A DNA stretch of 63,896 nt, filler included, from an uncultured Planctomycetaceae bacterium (GCA_963976765.1; 3 parts of 3 records of this genome joined end to end with filler, not necessarily neighbours in it), one strand, 5' to 3'; counted from the first letter of the whole stretch, positions 1-8,994 are shown. The notes: generated by a model from the sequence alone, not told the origin. A program made the numbers and translations.

Positions 1-1
1 C

Positions 2-175
2 AAGTGGCTGGGTGATCCAGTCATGTCGTTTCAGCCGAACGATTACGGCGACCCGCTCGTCACGATCTACGCGCACCAGTGGTTTCAGCATGTGGGGGCG
101 GTGACGCTTCCCGACGAAACGCACTTTACGGCGGTGCTGTATTTGGGCGACGAACTTGATCCGAGGGAGGGATGA
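2..175 (+). CDS. Phage hypothetical protein, 5'-truncated
   Basis: Frame open from base 2 to a TGA overlapping the ATG at 172 (ATGA coupling). Confidence 0.5.
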   Translation, partial: KWLGDPVMSFQPNDYGDPLVTIYAHQWFQHVGAVTLPDETHFTAVLYLGDELDPREG

Positions 176-981
176 TTCACTACAAAACGCACCGTCCTGA
201 TTCGATGTGGTCAACGCTGGAGTTGGCCGAGTCTTTGGGCTGGATCGACGAGAACATCGAGCCGTGGACACCGGAGGCAGCCGACGCAACCGAAGCCTCT
301 GCCGAGGACTGGCTAAAGGACCACGACTACCTGATCCTGCCGATGGAAGGCGATGCCCTACGCATAGCCGATCTATTCTGCGGGGCCGGTGGCGCAGGAA
401 TGGGCTTGCACAGAGCCGGGTTCGACGTAGTTGGCTACGACATTAACCGCCAGCCCGACTACCCGTTCGAGTTTCACCGTACCGATGCGCTAGGCGTAGA
501 CCTGTCAGGCTTCGATGCGGTATGGGCCAGCCCACCCTGCCAGGCGTACACTCGCAAGTCTGCAACGTGGGGCCGTCCGAGGGTCAACGATATCCAACAC
601 CCCGACCTCGTGGAGCCGACCCGCCAGCTACTGGTCGAGTCAGGGTTGCCATACGTTATCGAGAACGTCGTGGGCGCACCGCTGGACGCATCGCTAATGC
701 TGTGCGGGACGATGTTCGGGTTGCGGCTAATCAAGCACCGAATCTTTGAGTCCAACATATCGCTGGGCATGTCACCAGCAGCTTGCGATCACAGCGATGT
801 GTATAACCCGTGGCAAGGCAAAGGCCGCAACGCAGAGAAGTTTCGCGAGGCGCAAGGTACGCCGTGGATTCCGAGTCCCGGCGGAGCGTCCCGTAAGGCC
901 GGGTATACCGGCGATCTAAGCAACGCTATCCCACCAGCCTACTCAAAACACTTGGGAGATATGCTAAGTGACGCTTGCTAA
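172..981 (+). CDS. C5 DNA cytosine methyltransferase (short phage type) with ~58-aa acidic N-terminal extension
   Basis: Motif I DLFCGAGG, catalytic SPPCQ, motif VI ENV, motif X-like NAIPP. Confidence 0.9.
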   Translation: MIHYKTHRPDSMWSTLELAESLGWIDENIEPWTPEAADATEASAEDWLKDHDYLILPMEGDALRIADLFCGAGGAGMGLHRAGFDVVGYDINRQPDYPFEFHRTDALGVDLSGFDAVWASPPCQAYTRKSATWGRPRVNDIQHPDLVEPTRQLLVESGLPYVIENVVGAPLDASLMLCGTMFGLRLIKHRIFESNISLGMSPAACDHSDVYNPWQGKGRNAEKFREAQGTPWIPSPGGASRKAGYTGDLSNAIPPAYSKHLGDMLSDAC

Positions 982-1041
982 TAGTAATCACAACCTTTAG
1001 TATCAGACACGTCGGGATGACCCCCGGCAGATTGGAGAAGA

Positions 1042-1437
1042 ATGGAACGCGATGAACACGACCAGCTTCTGAGTTTGGACGGCATGTCCAGCGACGATCT
1101 CAGCGACGAGATCGCTAACGCTGAGACGCGCATGATTAATCTCGACACCGCGCTTGCCTTACACGAGACACGCGTCGAGGGCGGGGCGATCCCCGAGGAC
1201 GAGGTTCTGTCGAGTGGATTGTGGGCTGCGGGAGCCGAGGGATCACGCCGTCATCAACAGGGGTACCTGGACTGGCTAAAACGCCGACTAGGTACGCTGA
1301 ACAGGGCCAGCAAAGAGGCCCGAGCCACGTCCCATCAGGGGGTATTCGTAAGCGTGGCCCGACAGCAATTATCAACCGAGCAGTTCAACCTGCTGCAACA
1401 GGAAACTGCTAGGCAGTTGAATAACGAGAGGGACTAG
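1042..1437 (+). CDS. Phage hypothetical protein
   Basis: 131-aa ORF with GGAG RBS. Confidence 0.7.
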   Translation: MERDEHDQLLSLDGMSSDDLSDEIANAETRMINLDTALALHETRVEGGAIPEDEVLSSGLWAAGAEGSRRHQQGYLDWLKRRLGTLNRASKEARATSHQGVFVSVARQQLSTEQFNLLQQETARQLNNERD

Positions 1438-1439
1438 AG

Positions 1440-1637
1440 ATGACTGACCAAGAAAAACATGACTTGGCTGTTCACCGAAAGGTTATGGTCTTAACGGGTA
1501 AAGAGCAGATTAAGACCTTTGAAAAAGCAATCGCCAAATCCCAAACAGACATCTGCGAAATACAAAAACATATAGATTTTTTGCGTACCCAAATCTTGGA
1601 AGAAAAACAAAAGATTGCGGACAACGAGAGGGACTAA
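1440..1637 (+). CDS. Small coiled-coil protein
   Basis: Heptad pattern; A-rich gene flanked by a 14-bp direct repeat. Confidence 0.7.
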   Translation: MTDQEKHDLAVHRKVMVLTGKEQIKTFEKAIAKSQTDICEIQKHIDFLRTQILEEKQKIADNERD

Positions 1638-1638
1638 G

Positions 1639-1824
1639 ATGCGAGAAGAATACGAGGGAATCGCACGCCGCGCGCTGCAAAATGCCGTGAGTGCGCTGAC
1701 AATCTCACGCGGCGACGAAAGGATAGCCGAGAGGTATCGACAGCAGGCGTTGGCATACTGCGAGATTACTAAAGCGGCTTCGGCTCTGCTGGCAGCTATT
1801 AACGTAAAGGAGGTGGTCAGATGA
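1639..1824 (+). CDS. Phage hypothetical protein
   Basis: MREEYEG..., RBS GAGGG, stop overlaps next ATG. Confidence 0.65.
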   Translation: MREEYEGIARRALQNAVSALTISRGDERIAERYRQQALAYCEITKAASALLAAINVKEVVR

Positions 1825-1994
1825 GTTGGTTCAGTCGCTCTTGGAATGGGGTCCATCGGGAAGCGTGCGAGCAGTACGAGGTGGAGAACCCACCCGCACT
1901 CGCAGACTGCCAATGCCCCGACATCATGGTCGAGGAAGCAGTCAGCGCAGCCGACAACTATCTGGATCAATTACGAGAGGAGCAGATGCGATGA
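1821..1994 (+). CDS. Small phage protein, 57 aa (not in ORF track)
   Basis: MSWFSRSWNG...EEQMR*; strong AAGGAGGT RBS; ATGA overlaps at both ends. Confidence 0.65.
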   Translation: MSWFSRSWNGVHREACEQYEVENPPALADCQCPDIMVEEAVSAADNYLDQLREEQMR

Positions 1995-2236
1995 GCAGGT
2001 ACACCATACCGCCCGACTATTCAGGCGGCGACAGCGAAGATCGAGCGGCACTTATTGGGTGGCAGAATGACGAGTTGAGCAGCGAGGATGCGTGGCTCCG
2101 AGCCGAGGCCCGACGGTGGGACAAGCCGACACCGGAGGACATGGAAAAGTACGGGGACTTGGGAGGCTGGTTCAAGGCCCGAGATGCACACTTCGACCAG
2201 CCACTATCCGTCCGAAAGGAGAACCGAGATGAGTAA
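1991..2236 (+). CDS. Phage hypothetical protein
   Basis: MSRYTIPPDY..., coupled start, GAGGAG RBS. Confidence 0.65.
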   Translation: MSRYTIPPDYSGGDSEDRAALIGWQNDELSSEDAWLRAEARRWDKPTPEDMEKYGDLGGWFKARDAHFDQPLSVRKENRDE

Positions 2237-2678
2237 CTTAGATCACTTGCTCCAGATGTGGCGGTCGGCTGATGCCGACGTGCGCGACGCGGAAATGGAA
2301 CGCCACGAAATTGAAAACGACATAACTGTTGAGTTTATGAGACTGGCTGACGAAGCAAAACGTCGGTCTGAGGAAACTGGCGAGACAATCAAACCTCAGA
2401 CGTTCGCAAAGGGGCCAGGTGTCGAGGTCACGTTCAAGCCCACTATTGAGTGGCAGAAGTCGCTGGACGGGCCTCTGCGTGTTCTCGCCGAGGTCATGGC
2501 CCCAGCCGATTTTGAAAAGCTGCTCACGAAACAGGCCGAACCGAAGCCTCCGCCACCGCGCCAGTTCAATATGACCGCGGTTAAACAGTATGAGGACAAA
2601 GGCGATGAGTACGCCATTCCGATTGCAAGGGCCAGAACTGTTCATCCTGCGAAGGCGAAACCGAGGTCAGTCGAATAA
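2229..2678 (+). CDS. Phage hypothetical protein (helical N-terminus)
   Basis: MSNLDHLLQ..., AAGGAG RBS. Confidence 0.7.
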   Translation: MSNLDHLLQMWRSADADVRDAEMERHEIENDITVEFMRLADEAKRRSEETGETIKPQTFAKGPGVEVTFKPTIEWQKSLDGPLRVLAEVMAPADFEKLLTKQAEPKPPPPRQFNMTAVKQYEDKGDEYAIPIARARTVHPAKAKPRSVE

Positions 2679-2832
2679 TTCCAAATCGTACAAAACAACA
2701 CTGTCCAGAATGTACGGAATGTAAATCTGAGACCGTTTTGACTTTGGAATTAAGGCTCCTGCTCGCTGCTGAATGGGCGAGATTAAAGTTGATACGGAAA
2801 CAAGTGCGCCGCATGGCGCAAGGAGATAAGAG

Positions 2833-3453
2833 ATGACACAGAACGAACGAACAACTCACGGCCCTCAACTACTGACCGTGGCGTATTACGGCAACACGGA
2901 CTACGACCCCGCATGGGCGTTTCAGGGGCAAGAAGGCTTCTGGAAAGCACCCAGGGATCAAGGGTGGACACACCAGCAACTGGTCAAGGGTCAGTCGTAC
3001 ATGGTGACGTGGACAGTGAAGCCAAACCCGCCGCACAATCCATACCGTGACATCGTGTCAGCCGTCCTGCCCGAGGGTCAGGTGGCACGCTACGACCCGC
3101 AAGGGAACATGGTTCCCGGCCCCGCCGGTCCTGTTGTCACACCGGAGCAGACCGCAGATTGGGCGACCAACCCGCCGGGAGGCGACTACTACAACGAGGC
3201 CGACAACCCCGAGTACGACGAGCACATCGACCCGCCCCAGCAGCCGAAGCGTGACCCTCGACACGAGAGCATCGAGAAGCAAGTCGGCGTGAAGGAAGCA
3301 GGGTCGATGCTCCAAGTCCTCGCAGCGAACGCCTCATCCGAACTGTTCACAACGGAGCAGGTGGAGTGGTTGCGACAGATGTGGTTCGACGGCCTGTACG
3401 AGTTGAAGCACGGCACACCGCCACCGGCACAGGCAGAAGAAGAAACAGCATGA
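2833..3453 (+). CDS. Phage protein, possibly ssDNA-binding or recombination-associated
   Basis: Aromatic beta-rich N-domain, Pro/acidic linker, helical C-domain; lies upstream of replication genes (function inferred). Confidence 0.5.
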   Translation: MTQNERTTHGPQLLTVAYYGNTDYDPAWAFQGQEGFWKAPRDQGWTHQQLVKGQSYMVTWTVKPNPPHNPYRDIVSAVLPEGQVARYDPQGNMVPGPAGPVVTPEQTADWATNPPGGDYYNEADNPEYDEHIDPPQQPKRDPRHESIEKQVGVKEAGSMLQVLAANASSELFTTEQVEWLRQMWFDGLYELKHGTPPPAQAEEETA

Positions 3454-3665
3454 CGGATTTATGCCCCCACTGTGGGGAGAACGGCCTCCGCATCGGCTTC
3501 TATGGGATAGAGTGCCGATGCGGGTGGTCGCCCACCGTCAAGAACTGCGCCCGGTGCTTATGCGTCGAGTCCTGCGAAGGTCACTTCTACGGCAGATCAG
3601 AAGCCAAGAATCGCGAGATGCGGATGTGTTCCGAGTGCTCGACCCCTGTACCGGCAGGTGAGTGA
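3450..3665 (+). CDS. Cys-rich zinc-finger protein
   Basis: Multiple CxxC/CxC motifs. Confidence 0.6.
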   Translation: MTDLCPHCGENGLRIGFYGIECRCGWSPTVKNCARCLCVESCEGHFYGRSEAKNREMRMCSECSTPVPAGE

Positions 3666-4131
3666 ATGGCTCCCCGAGTGGGATGATCCCGGCTACGTCT
3701 ACGTGGCGACGATGCCGTCGTACCGCAACGACATAGCCGGGTACTGGGCAACAGCGTTCGAGGACTTCGAGGCTGCAACCAGGCACTGGGCAGTTCTCTA
3801 CACAGTTTTCGGGATGGAGTCCGACGCCGCCGTTGCTGCTGGTGTGCGCTGGGCTATCAAACACGGATACTTCCCGCCGAACTACAGCACGAAACCTGTC
3901 CGCACTTCTACGATTGAACAGATCAAAGAGCGGCTTAAGGTTGAAGACGTAGCGGCCCGACTCACAACATTACGCGGCAACGGCAAGACCCTCACAGGTC
4001 GATGCCCATTCCACGAGGATCGAAGTCCATCGTTCGTGGTTTGGCCTGAGATTCAGAAATGGAGATGTTACGGATGCTCATTACATGGCGACGTTTTAGA
4101 TATGCTCGATCAGGCAGGTATGAATGAGTGA
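3658..4131 (+). CDS. CHC2 zinc-finger protein (DnaG-type zinc-binding domain, no TOPRIM)
   Basis: CPFHEDRSPSF...WRCYGC...GDV. Confidence 0.88.
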   Translation: MSEWLPEWDDPGYVYVATMPSYRNDIAGYWATAFEDFEAATRHWAVLYTVFGMESDAAVAAGVRWAIKHGYFPPNYSTKPVRTSTIEQIKERLKVEDVAARLTTLRGNGKTLTGRCPFHEDRSPSFVVWPEIQKWRCYGCSLHGDVLDMLDQAGMNE

Positions 4132-5581
4132 CATCATTAAACAAGTCGCTGCTGAACTCGGGCTACAGCCTGATGATTCCCCTACCTCTGAGCCACAGGT
4201 AGACGTAGCAGCGAACCACGACGTAACCGTGGCCTACCCTGATCGGTTCCTCCGGTTCGTGGTCACATCAATCAGTAAGCAGAAACGCCGATACGATGCG
4301 TTCGTAACAGTCCTGTTTAAGCCTGTTCCTGACAGGCCAGCACGCCGACTGATTGCGGACACCCACGTTGACCTCTCTTCGACTAACAGTAAGGCCGGTG
4401 TAGTCCGGTCGCTCAAGAACCTGCGTCAAGAAGAATGGGCGACGATGATCGAGGAAGTCGCATCTGCGGTTCAAGACAACTGGCAACCCGGTGAAGCTGC
4501 TGTCAGGCTTGAGGATGTCCCTAACCCCGGAGCGATTCAGTACCTCGTCCAGTCACTACTACAAGTTGATGAACATACAGTTATCTTCGGGCCAGGAGGG
4601 TCAGGAAAGTCCATTACCGTCCTTGCAATCGGTCTCAGCGTAGCCACATCCCAGATGTTCGTACCGAAACTAGCCCCGCAGATTCAAGGGCCAGTGTTGT
4701 ACCTCGACTGGGAACGGTCGGCCAGCCCTCATCGCCTACGCTACACGCAGCTACTCGCAGGACTCGGCATCTCGGGTACGAGAGACTTTCACTACCGAAG
4801 GATGGTCGGGTCACTTACCGATTCTGCGGAAGAGATCAAACACTACTGCGCTGAACACGGGATTGTGCTTTGCATAGCTGACTCCGTAGGCATGGCTGTG
4901 GCCGGTGAGATATCCGATGAACCCGCAGTCATGGGCTACTTCAACGCAGCCCGGTACATCGGTGGCACATGGCTGTCTATCGCTCACGTTCCGAAAGGTG
5001 AGGGCAACAAGAAACCTATCGGGTCTCAGTATTGGTACACGCAACCACAAGGAGGCACTTACGAAATCCAGGGAGAGACGCCAGAAGGCTCAAGCATCCT
5101 GTCGCTGACGATGATCCATCAGAAGACCAACGACGAGCGCAACGCAACGCTCGGCTGGACCGTGCAGTTCGGTGACGGCAGGGTGAAGTACGCCAACGCC
5201 GACCCGCTCGACACGACAACCGACATGAGTACCATCCCGCTGATACGTCGCGTTACAGCGGTGCTGCTTGAAAACCCGGCAGCGCGCAGCACTCAAGCCA
5301 TTGCGGATGAAGTCGGATCGTCCAATAACGCAATCGGAAATCTATTCAGGGGTTCGTCGGATCAGTTCGTTGTTATCGGGGCCGGGAAGCCTCAACTATG
5401 GCAACTAAAGTCTGATCGGATTCCACCAGTGGAAAGTGGTGGAAACACAAGTGGAATAGGGGTCTCCACCAACGACCCCCCCTTACGGGGGGAGGGTCTA
5501 ATGGAAACTAATCCCCATCCGGGAGAAGAAAAAGAAACAAAACTCCCGCCGACCAGTGACCTTTGGTATTTGGAGGACTGA
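4124..5581 (+). CDS. AAA_25/RepA-like SF4 replicative helicase with C-terminal wHTH
   Basis: Walker A GPGGSGKS, VLYLDWE, Walker B CIADS, IAH motif; C-terminal STQAIADEVG helix-turn-helix. Confidence 0.85.
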   Translation: MSDIIKQVAAELGLQPDDSPTSEPQVDVAANHDVTVAYPDRFLRFVVTSISKQKRRYDAFVTVLFKPVPDRPARRLIADTHVDLSSTNSKAGVVRSLKNLRQEEWATMIEEVASAVQDNWQPGEAAVRLEDVPNPGAIQYLVQSLLQVDEHTVIFGPGGSGKSITVLAIGLSVATSQMFVPKLAPQIQGPVLYLDWERSASPHRLRYTQLLAGLGISGTRDFHYRRMVGSLTDSAEEIKHYCAEHGIVLCIADSVGMAVAGEISDEPAVMGYFNAARYIGGTWLSIAHVPKGEGNKKPIGSQYWYTQPQGGTYEIQGETPEGSSILSLTMIHQKTNDERNATLGWTVQFGDGRVKYANADPLDTTTDMSTIPLIRRVTAVLLENPAARSTQAIADEVGSSNNAIGNLFRGSSDQFVVIGAGKPQLWQLKSDRIPPVESGGNTSGIGVSTNDPPLRGEGLMETNPHPGEEKETKLPPTSDLWYLED

Positions 5582-5868
5582 TGAACGCACAAACTAAACG
5601 ATATGCCACCCTCACCGGAGTCCAAGAGGATATCAACTGGCTGGATGAAATCTGGACGAAGCACATCCGCGACGCACCGGAGTACATCCACCCCAAGACT
5701 GGCAGCGTCCACGCAGAGAGACTTGATAAGTTCTTAGGGCGTCTGCACACCGCCGCCGGTAGTGACGCCGCTCTCCGGGCCACGCAGGGCTACTCTGGAT
5801 GCGTCTTCAAGCCCAAGTCTTGCCCCTCATCAGGCCCGGTCATTTGCGGAGGGTGCGTCCAAAGCTAA
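5581..5868 (+). CDS. Phage hypothetical protein with C-terminal Cys cluster
   Basis: GGAGG RBS, coupled start. Confidence 0.65.
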   Translation: MNAQTKRYATLTGVQEDINWLDEIWTKHIRDAPEYIHPKTGSVHAERLDKFLGRLHTAAGSDAALRATQGYSGCVFKPKSCPSSGPVICGGCVQS

Positions 5869-5876
5869 CTTGACAT

Positions 5877-6179
5877 ATGTGTTATCATAGTATGCAGCGA
5901 TTGAACCATGAAAAGTTCGAAAGGATGGATGACTTGGCCCATAAAACACACAGTTGGAAACAGTGGTCAGTCGAACTAGCCCCCGGTCCTCAGTCGAGAA
6001 TCACAGGGGCGTGTGTTATCTGGCTTTGTAGATGTGGGGCTACTGCCAATAAGGAATACACCTTCCGTAAGCCTAGTGGAAAGGAAGGGGTAAAAAAGAA
6101 GAGTGACCTAGAGAAAGAAGCCGAACAGTTGAAGAGGTATAAAGCAGCAGCGTGGGATGAGGTGCGTCCACAGGTATAG
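5877..6179 (+). CDS. Phage hypothetical protein (start uncertain)
   Basis: ORF with HxW...CxCG motif. Confidence 0.55.
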   Translation: MCYHSMQRLNHEKFERMDDLAHKTHSWKQWSVELAPGPQSRITGACVIWLCRCGATANKEYTFRKPSGKEGVKKKSDLEKEAEQLKRYKAAAWDEVRPQV

Positions 6180-6236
6180 GCCACGACTAACAACTAACGG
6201 GGAGCCGTCGCCCCGATCGGCGGCAAGGAGAGAGAG

Positions 6237-6737
6237 ATGACTGCTCCACAATGGGCGCAAGACTTGGTGCTACGTGTGGCACTAGACGAAGGGAGCGACG
6301 ATGTACCGGAGATGACGTGGCATCGCTCTAAGCGGTCTGTGTTCTCGTCTGGGCGCACGTGGTACGGAGAAAACCGTATTCACGTCACCGCAGGGACGCA
6401 GCGTAGACAGACTCAAATTCCCTACCGCAGCGGCAAGCGTACAGGCCAGGTGTCTGTCAGGGCTGAACAGAAGCTAGTCCTACTCCACGAGATAGCCCAC
6501 TGGCTTACGCCGGTCGAGAAACAAACCATTACCTACGGGCGTGGGGGTGTCTGGGTGGATCAAGACGGTAACAAAGTAGAAGCCCCCACAGGCACACGCT
6601 ACCTATCGCACTCACCTGCGTTCTGGGACACCGCATGGCGGCTCTACCGAACGTACAAAGTCCCGCTCACCTACGCAAAGGTGCGAGAGGGCAACTACCG
6701 CAAGGGCGCACTAATCGCAGCGCGCAAGCGTTCATAA
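6237..6737 (+). CDS. SprT-like zinc metallopeptidase
   Basis: LLHEIAH plus downstream SHSPAFW. Confidence 0.7.
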   Translation: MTAPQWAQDLVLRVALDEGSDDVPEMTWHRSKRSVFSSGRTWYGENRIHVTAGTQRRQTQIPYRSGKRTGQVSVRAEQKLVLLHEIAHWLTPVEKQTITYGRGGVWVDQDGNKVEAPTGTRYLSHSPAFWDTAWRLYRTYKVPLTYAKVREGNYRKGALIAARKRS

Positions 6738-6749
6738 AGGAGAGAGAAC

Positions 6750-6962
6750 ATGCTGACACCAACAGAGGCCGGGCCGTTCGTTGTCTCGTGTGCCGCCGAA
6801 CTTGTAAGCGGCAAGCGCGCCCAGGAAGAGTGCGGCGCGCCTGTTCTAGCGTTCCTGTGGGAACCCATGCGTTGCGGACGGCACGCCGAGAAACCACCCA
6901 GCACCGCCAAATCTGCGGCGGCGTTAACAGCCGGTTTGTTCTTTGGTGGACACCGGAACTAG
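6750..6962 (+). CDS. Small phage protein
   Basis: AAGGAG RBS; Cys/His residues. Confidence 0.6.
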   Translation: MLTPTEAGPFVVSCAAELVSGKRAQEECGAPVLAFLWEPMRCGRHAEKPPSTAKSAAALTAGLFFGGHRN

Positions 6963-6972
6963 GAGAGAGAAC

Positions 6973-7158
6973 ATGACAACACCAGAACAAGCCCAAAGAT
7001 TAGAGGCAATCGAAAAAGAGATGCGCCAACTCGATAAAGAGGTGGGTGAATTGCAGGAACAGATCAGCCCACTCCAAGAAAAGGTGGCTACTAAGCGCGC
7101 CCAGATTGACAACCTGTCGAGGAACATCATTAAGCTGGCAAGTCCTCTCAGCAACTAG
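6973..7158 (+). CDS. Small coiled-coil protein
   Basis: Heptad pattern, AGGAG RBS. Confidence 0.7.
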   Translation: MTTPEQAQRLEAIEKEMRQLDKEVGELQEQISPLQEKVATKRAQIDNLSRNIIKLASPLSN

Positions 7159-7168
7159 GAGAAAAAAC

Positions 7169-7279
7169 ATGACAACCCTGACCGAAGTTACCTGCAAGCG
7201 TTGTGACTACGCATGGATGCCCCGAGTACCAAACCCGAAGGCTTGCCCCGAGTGCAAGTCCAGGAACTGGAACAAATGA
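7169..7279 (+). CDS. 36-aa zinc-ribbon protein
   Basis: CKRC...W.PR...PKACPECKSRNW. Confidence 0.7.
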   Translation: MTTLTEVTCKRCDYAWMPRVPNPKACPECKSRNWNK

Positions 7280-7734
7280 GCGACGAGTGCAGCCACGACT
7301 TCCGAGGCGACCTGTTCGGAGTACGCCGGTGTCGCCTGTGCCGAGTCCCTGAAGGTGATGTGCATGAAACGATAGACACTAATCTCGGGGACATCGACAA
7401 CACGATTAGCCTGACGAACGTGCCTGAAGACTACGCAGCAGGACTAAGGGACACGTCGCAAATCGCATTTCACTCGACCGATAGGAAGTCCATGCGTGCC
7501 AACGTGTATCGCTTTTTCCTTGAGCGCGGGAATGACGGAGCAACTGCCGATGAGGTGGTCGTGAAGTTCGATCCAACAGGGACACTCACAACTTCTTACG
7601 CTCCACGAGTGACCGAGTTGATGCGAGAGGGGCTACTGAGCCGAACACTGGTACGACGTAAGACGACAAAGGGCAGGCCAGCGATTGTCTACATTGCCGC
7701 AACGAAAGCGAACCGAGAAGACGAGGGCAAGTGA
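7276..7734 (+). CDS. Winged-helix DNA-binding protein
   Basis: GATADEV...PRVTELMREGLL...RRKT.KGRPAIVY. Confidence 0.7.
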   Translation: MSDECSHDFRGDLFGVRRCRLCRVPEGDVHETIDTNLGDIDNTISLTNVPEDYAAGLRDTSQIAFHSTDRKSMRANVYRFFLERGNDGATADEVVVKFDPTGTLTTSYAPRVTELMREGLLSRTLVRRKTTKGRPAIVYIAATKANREDEGK

Positions 7735-8108
7735 AACGCACGCCGCTCAAGCGCAGCACCAAGCAACTCACCCGCAGTCCGCTGAACTTCAGCCGCAAGC
7801 CGATCTCGCGACAGTCAGCGAAACGGAAAGCCGTAGCACCGGAACGGCGCAAGTTCGTTGCCGAGTTCCTGGCTGACAACCCCGTATGCGAAATCTCGTG
7901 GGACAACTGCACAGTCCGAAGCATCGACGTGCATGAAGCCCTCCCTCGCAGCGCAGGAGGGGCTATCGTGCCGGGAGAGCAGGCAGACAGGCAGGGCCAG
8001 CGGTTCGTTGCTGTCTGTCGCATGTGCCACGAGCAACTAACGAACCCGACTGCACTGGAACGACTCGCAGCAATAGAAGCCGGGTGGCTCATATCGAGGT
8101 TTACATGA
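7731..8108 (+). CDS. HNH-like endonuclease
   Basis: Basic N-terminus, CEI...C...DVHE...RSAGG...VCRMCH. Confidence 0.7.
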   Translation: MKRTPLKRSTKQLTRSPLNFSRKPISRQSAKRKAVAPERRKFVAEFLADNPVCEISWDNCTVRSIDVHEALPRSAGGAIVPGEQADRQGQRFVAVCRMCHEQLTNPTALERLAAIEAGWLISRFT

Positions 8109-8890
8109 AGCCCTATTACGAACAGGACGGCATCACGATCTATAACGCCGACTGCCGCGACGTACTGCCTACGCTGGAGCCGGTGGACTTAGTGCTGACA
8201 TCGCCACCTTACGGAACGATCCGAGACTACGAAGGGTTCTCATTCGATTGGCGCGAGTCGCTTCGCTTGATAAGCCAAGTCGTGAGTGTCGGGGGTGTCG
8301 TTGTTTGGAACGTAGCTGACGAAACCATCAACGGGAGTGAGTCGGGAGATTCATTCAGACAAGCTCTGTTCATGGTCGATGAGTGCGGAATGAAACTCCA
8401 CGACACCATGATTTGGGTCAAAGAGGGGGTGAACTTCCCTGAGTCCAACCGTTATTTTTCAGCCCACGAATATATGTTCGTGTTCAGCAATGGCAAACTC
8501 AAGACGTTCAATCCCATAGAAGATCGGAAAAACATCTACGCAGGGATGTTGATGCACGGAACTGATCGCAAGAAAAACGGAGAGACCCCCCAAGTCCACG
8601 GTAAAGGGAGGGCCGTGAAAGACTACGGGATGCGGTACAACTGGTGGAAGATAAACAACTCCCCGTCAAAGGAAGCTGGGGGACACCCGGCTCCTATGCC
8701 GTCAGGAATGGCGACAGGCCACATCCGATCATGGAGTAACGAAGGCGACACAATCCTCGACCCCTTCATGGGTAGCGGCACGACGCTCAGGGCGGCGAAG
8801 GACTTGGGCCGTAACGCAATCGGCATCGAGATAGAAGAACGCTACTGCGAGATCGCAGCAAACCGACTGGCACAGGGCGTGTTGCTCTAG
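8105..8890 (+). CDS. Beta-class N4/N6 DNA methyltransferase
   Basis: LTSPPY, HPAP, ILDPFMGSGTT, IGIEIEE. Confidence 0.92.
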   Translation: MKPYYEQDGITIYNADCRDVLPTLEPVDLVLTSPPYGTIRDYEGFSFDWRESLRLISQVVSVGGVVVWNVADETINGSESGDSFRQALFMVDECGMKLHDTMIWVKEGVNFPESNRYFSAHEYMFVFSNGKLKTFNPIEDRKNIYAGMLMHGTDRKKNGETPQVHGKGRAVKDYGMRYNWWKINNSPSKEAGGHPAPMPSGMATGHIRSWSNEGDTILDPFMGSGTTLRAAKDLGRNAIGIEIEERYCEIAANRLAQGVLL

Positions 8891-8910
8891 CCACTACAAA
8901 TAGGAGAAGA

Positions 8911-8994
8911 ATGAAGAAGAAGATACTAGGGATTGCAGCCTTCGCCCTGTTTTTGGCCGCTGTCTACATAGCCGAGAATAGGAGTACGAGATGA
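8911..8994 (+). CDS. 27-aa membrane micropeptide (not in ORF track)
   Basis: MKKKILGIAAFALFLAAVYIAENRSTR*; AGGAG RBS; TGA overlaps RuvC ATG. Confidence 0.55.
   Translation: MKKKILGIAAFALFLAAVYIAENRSTR

Noticed and set aside
5870..5896. Sigma70 promoter at TTGACA
   Set aside because: No adequate -10 element at 16-18 bp spacing.
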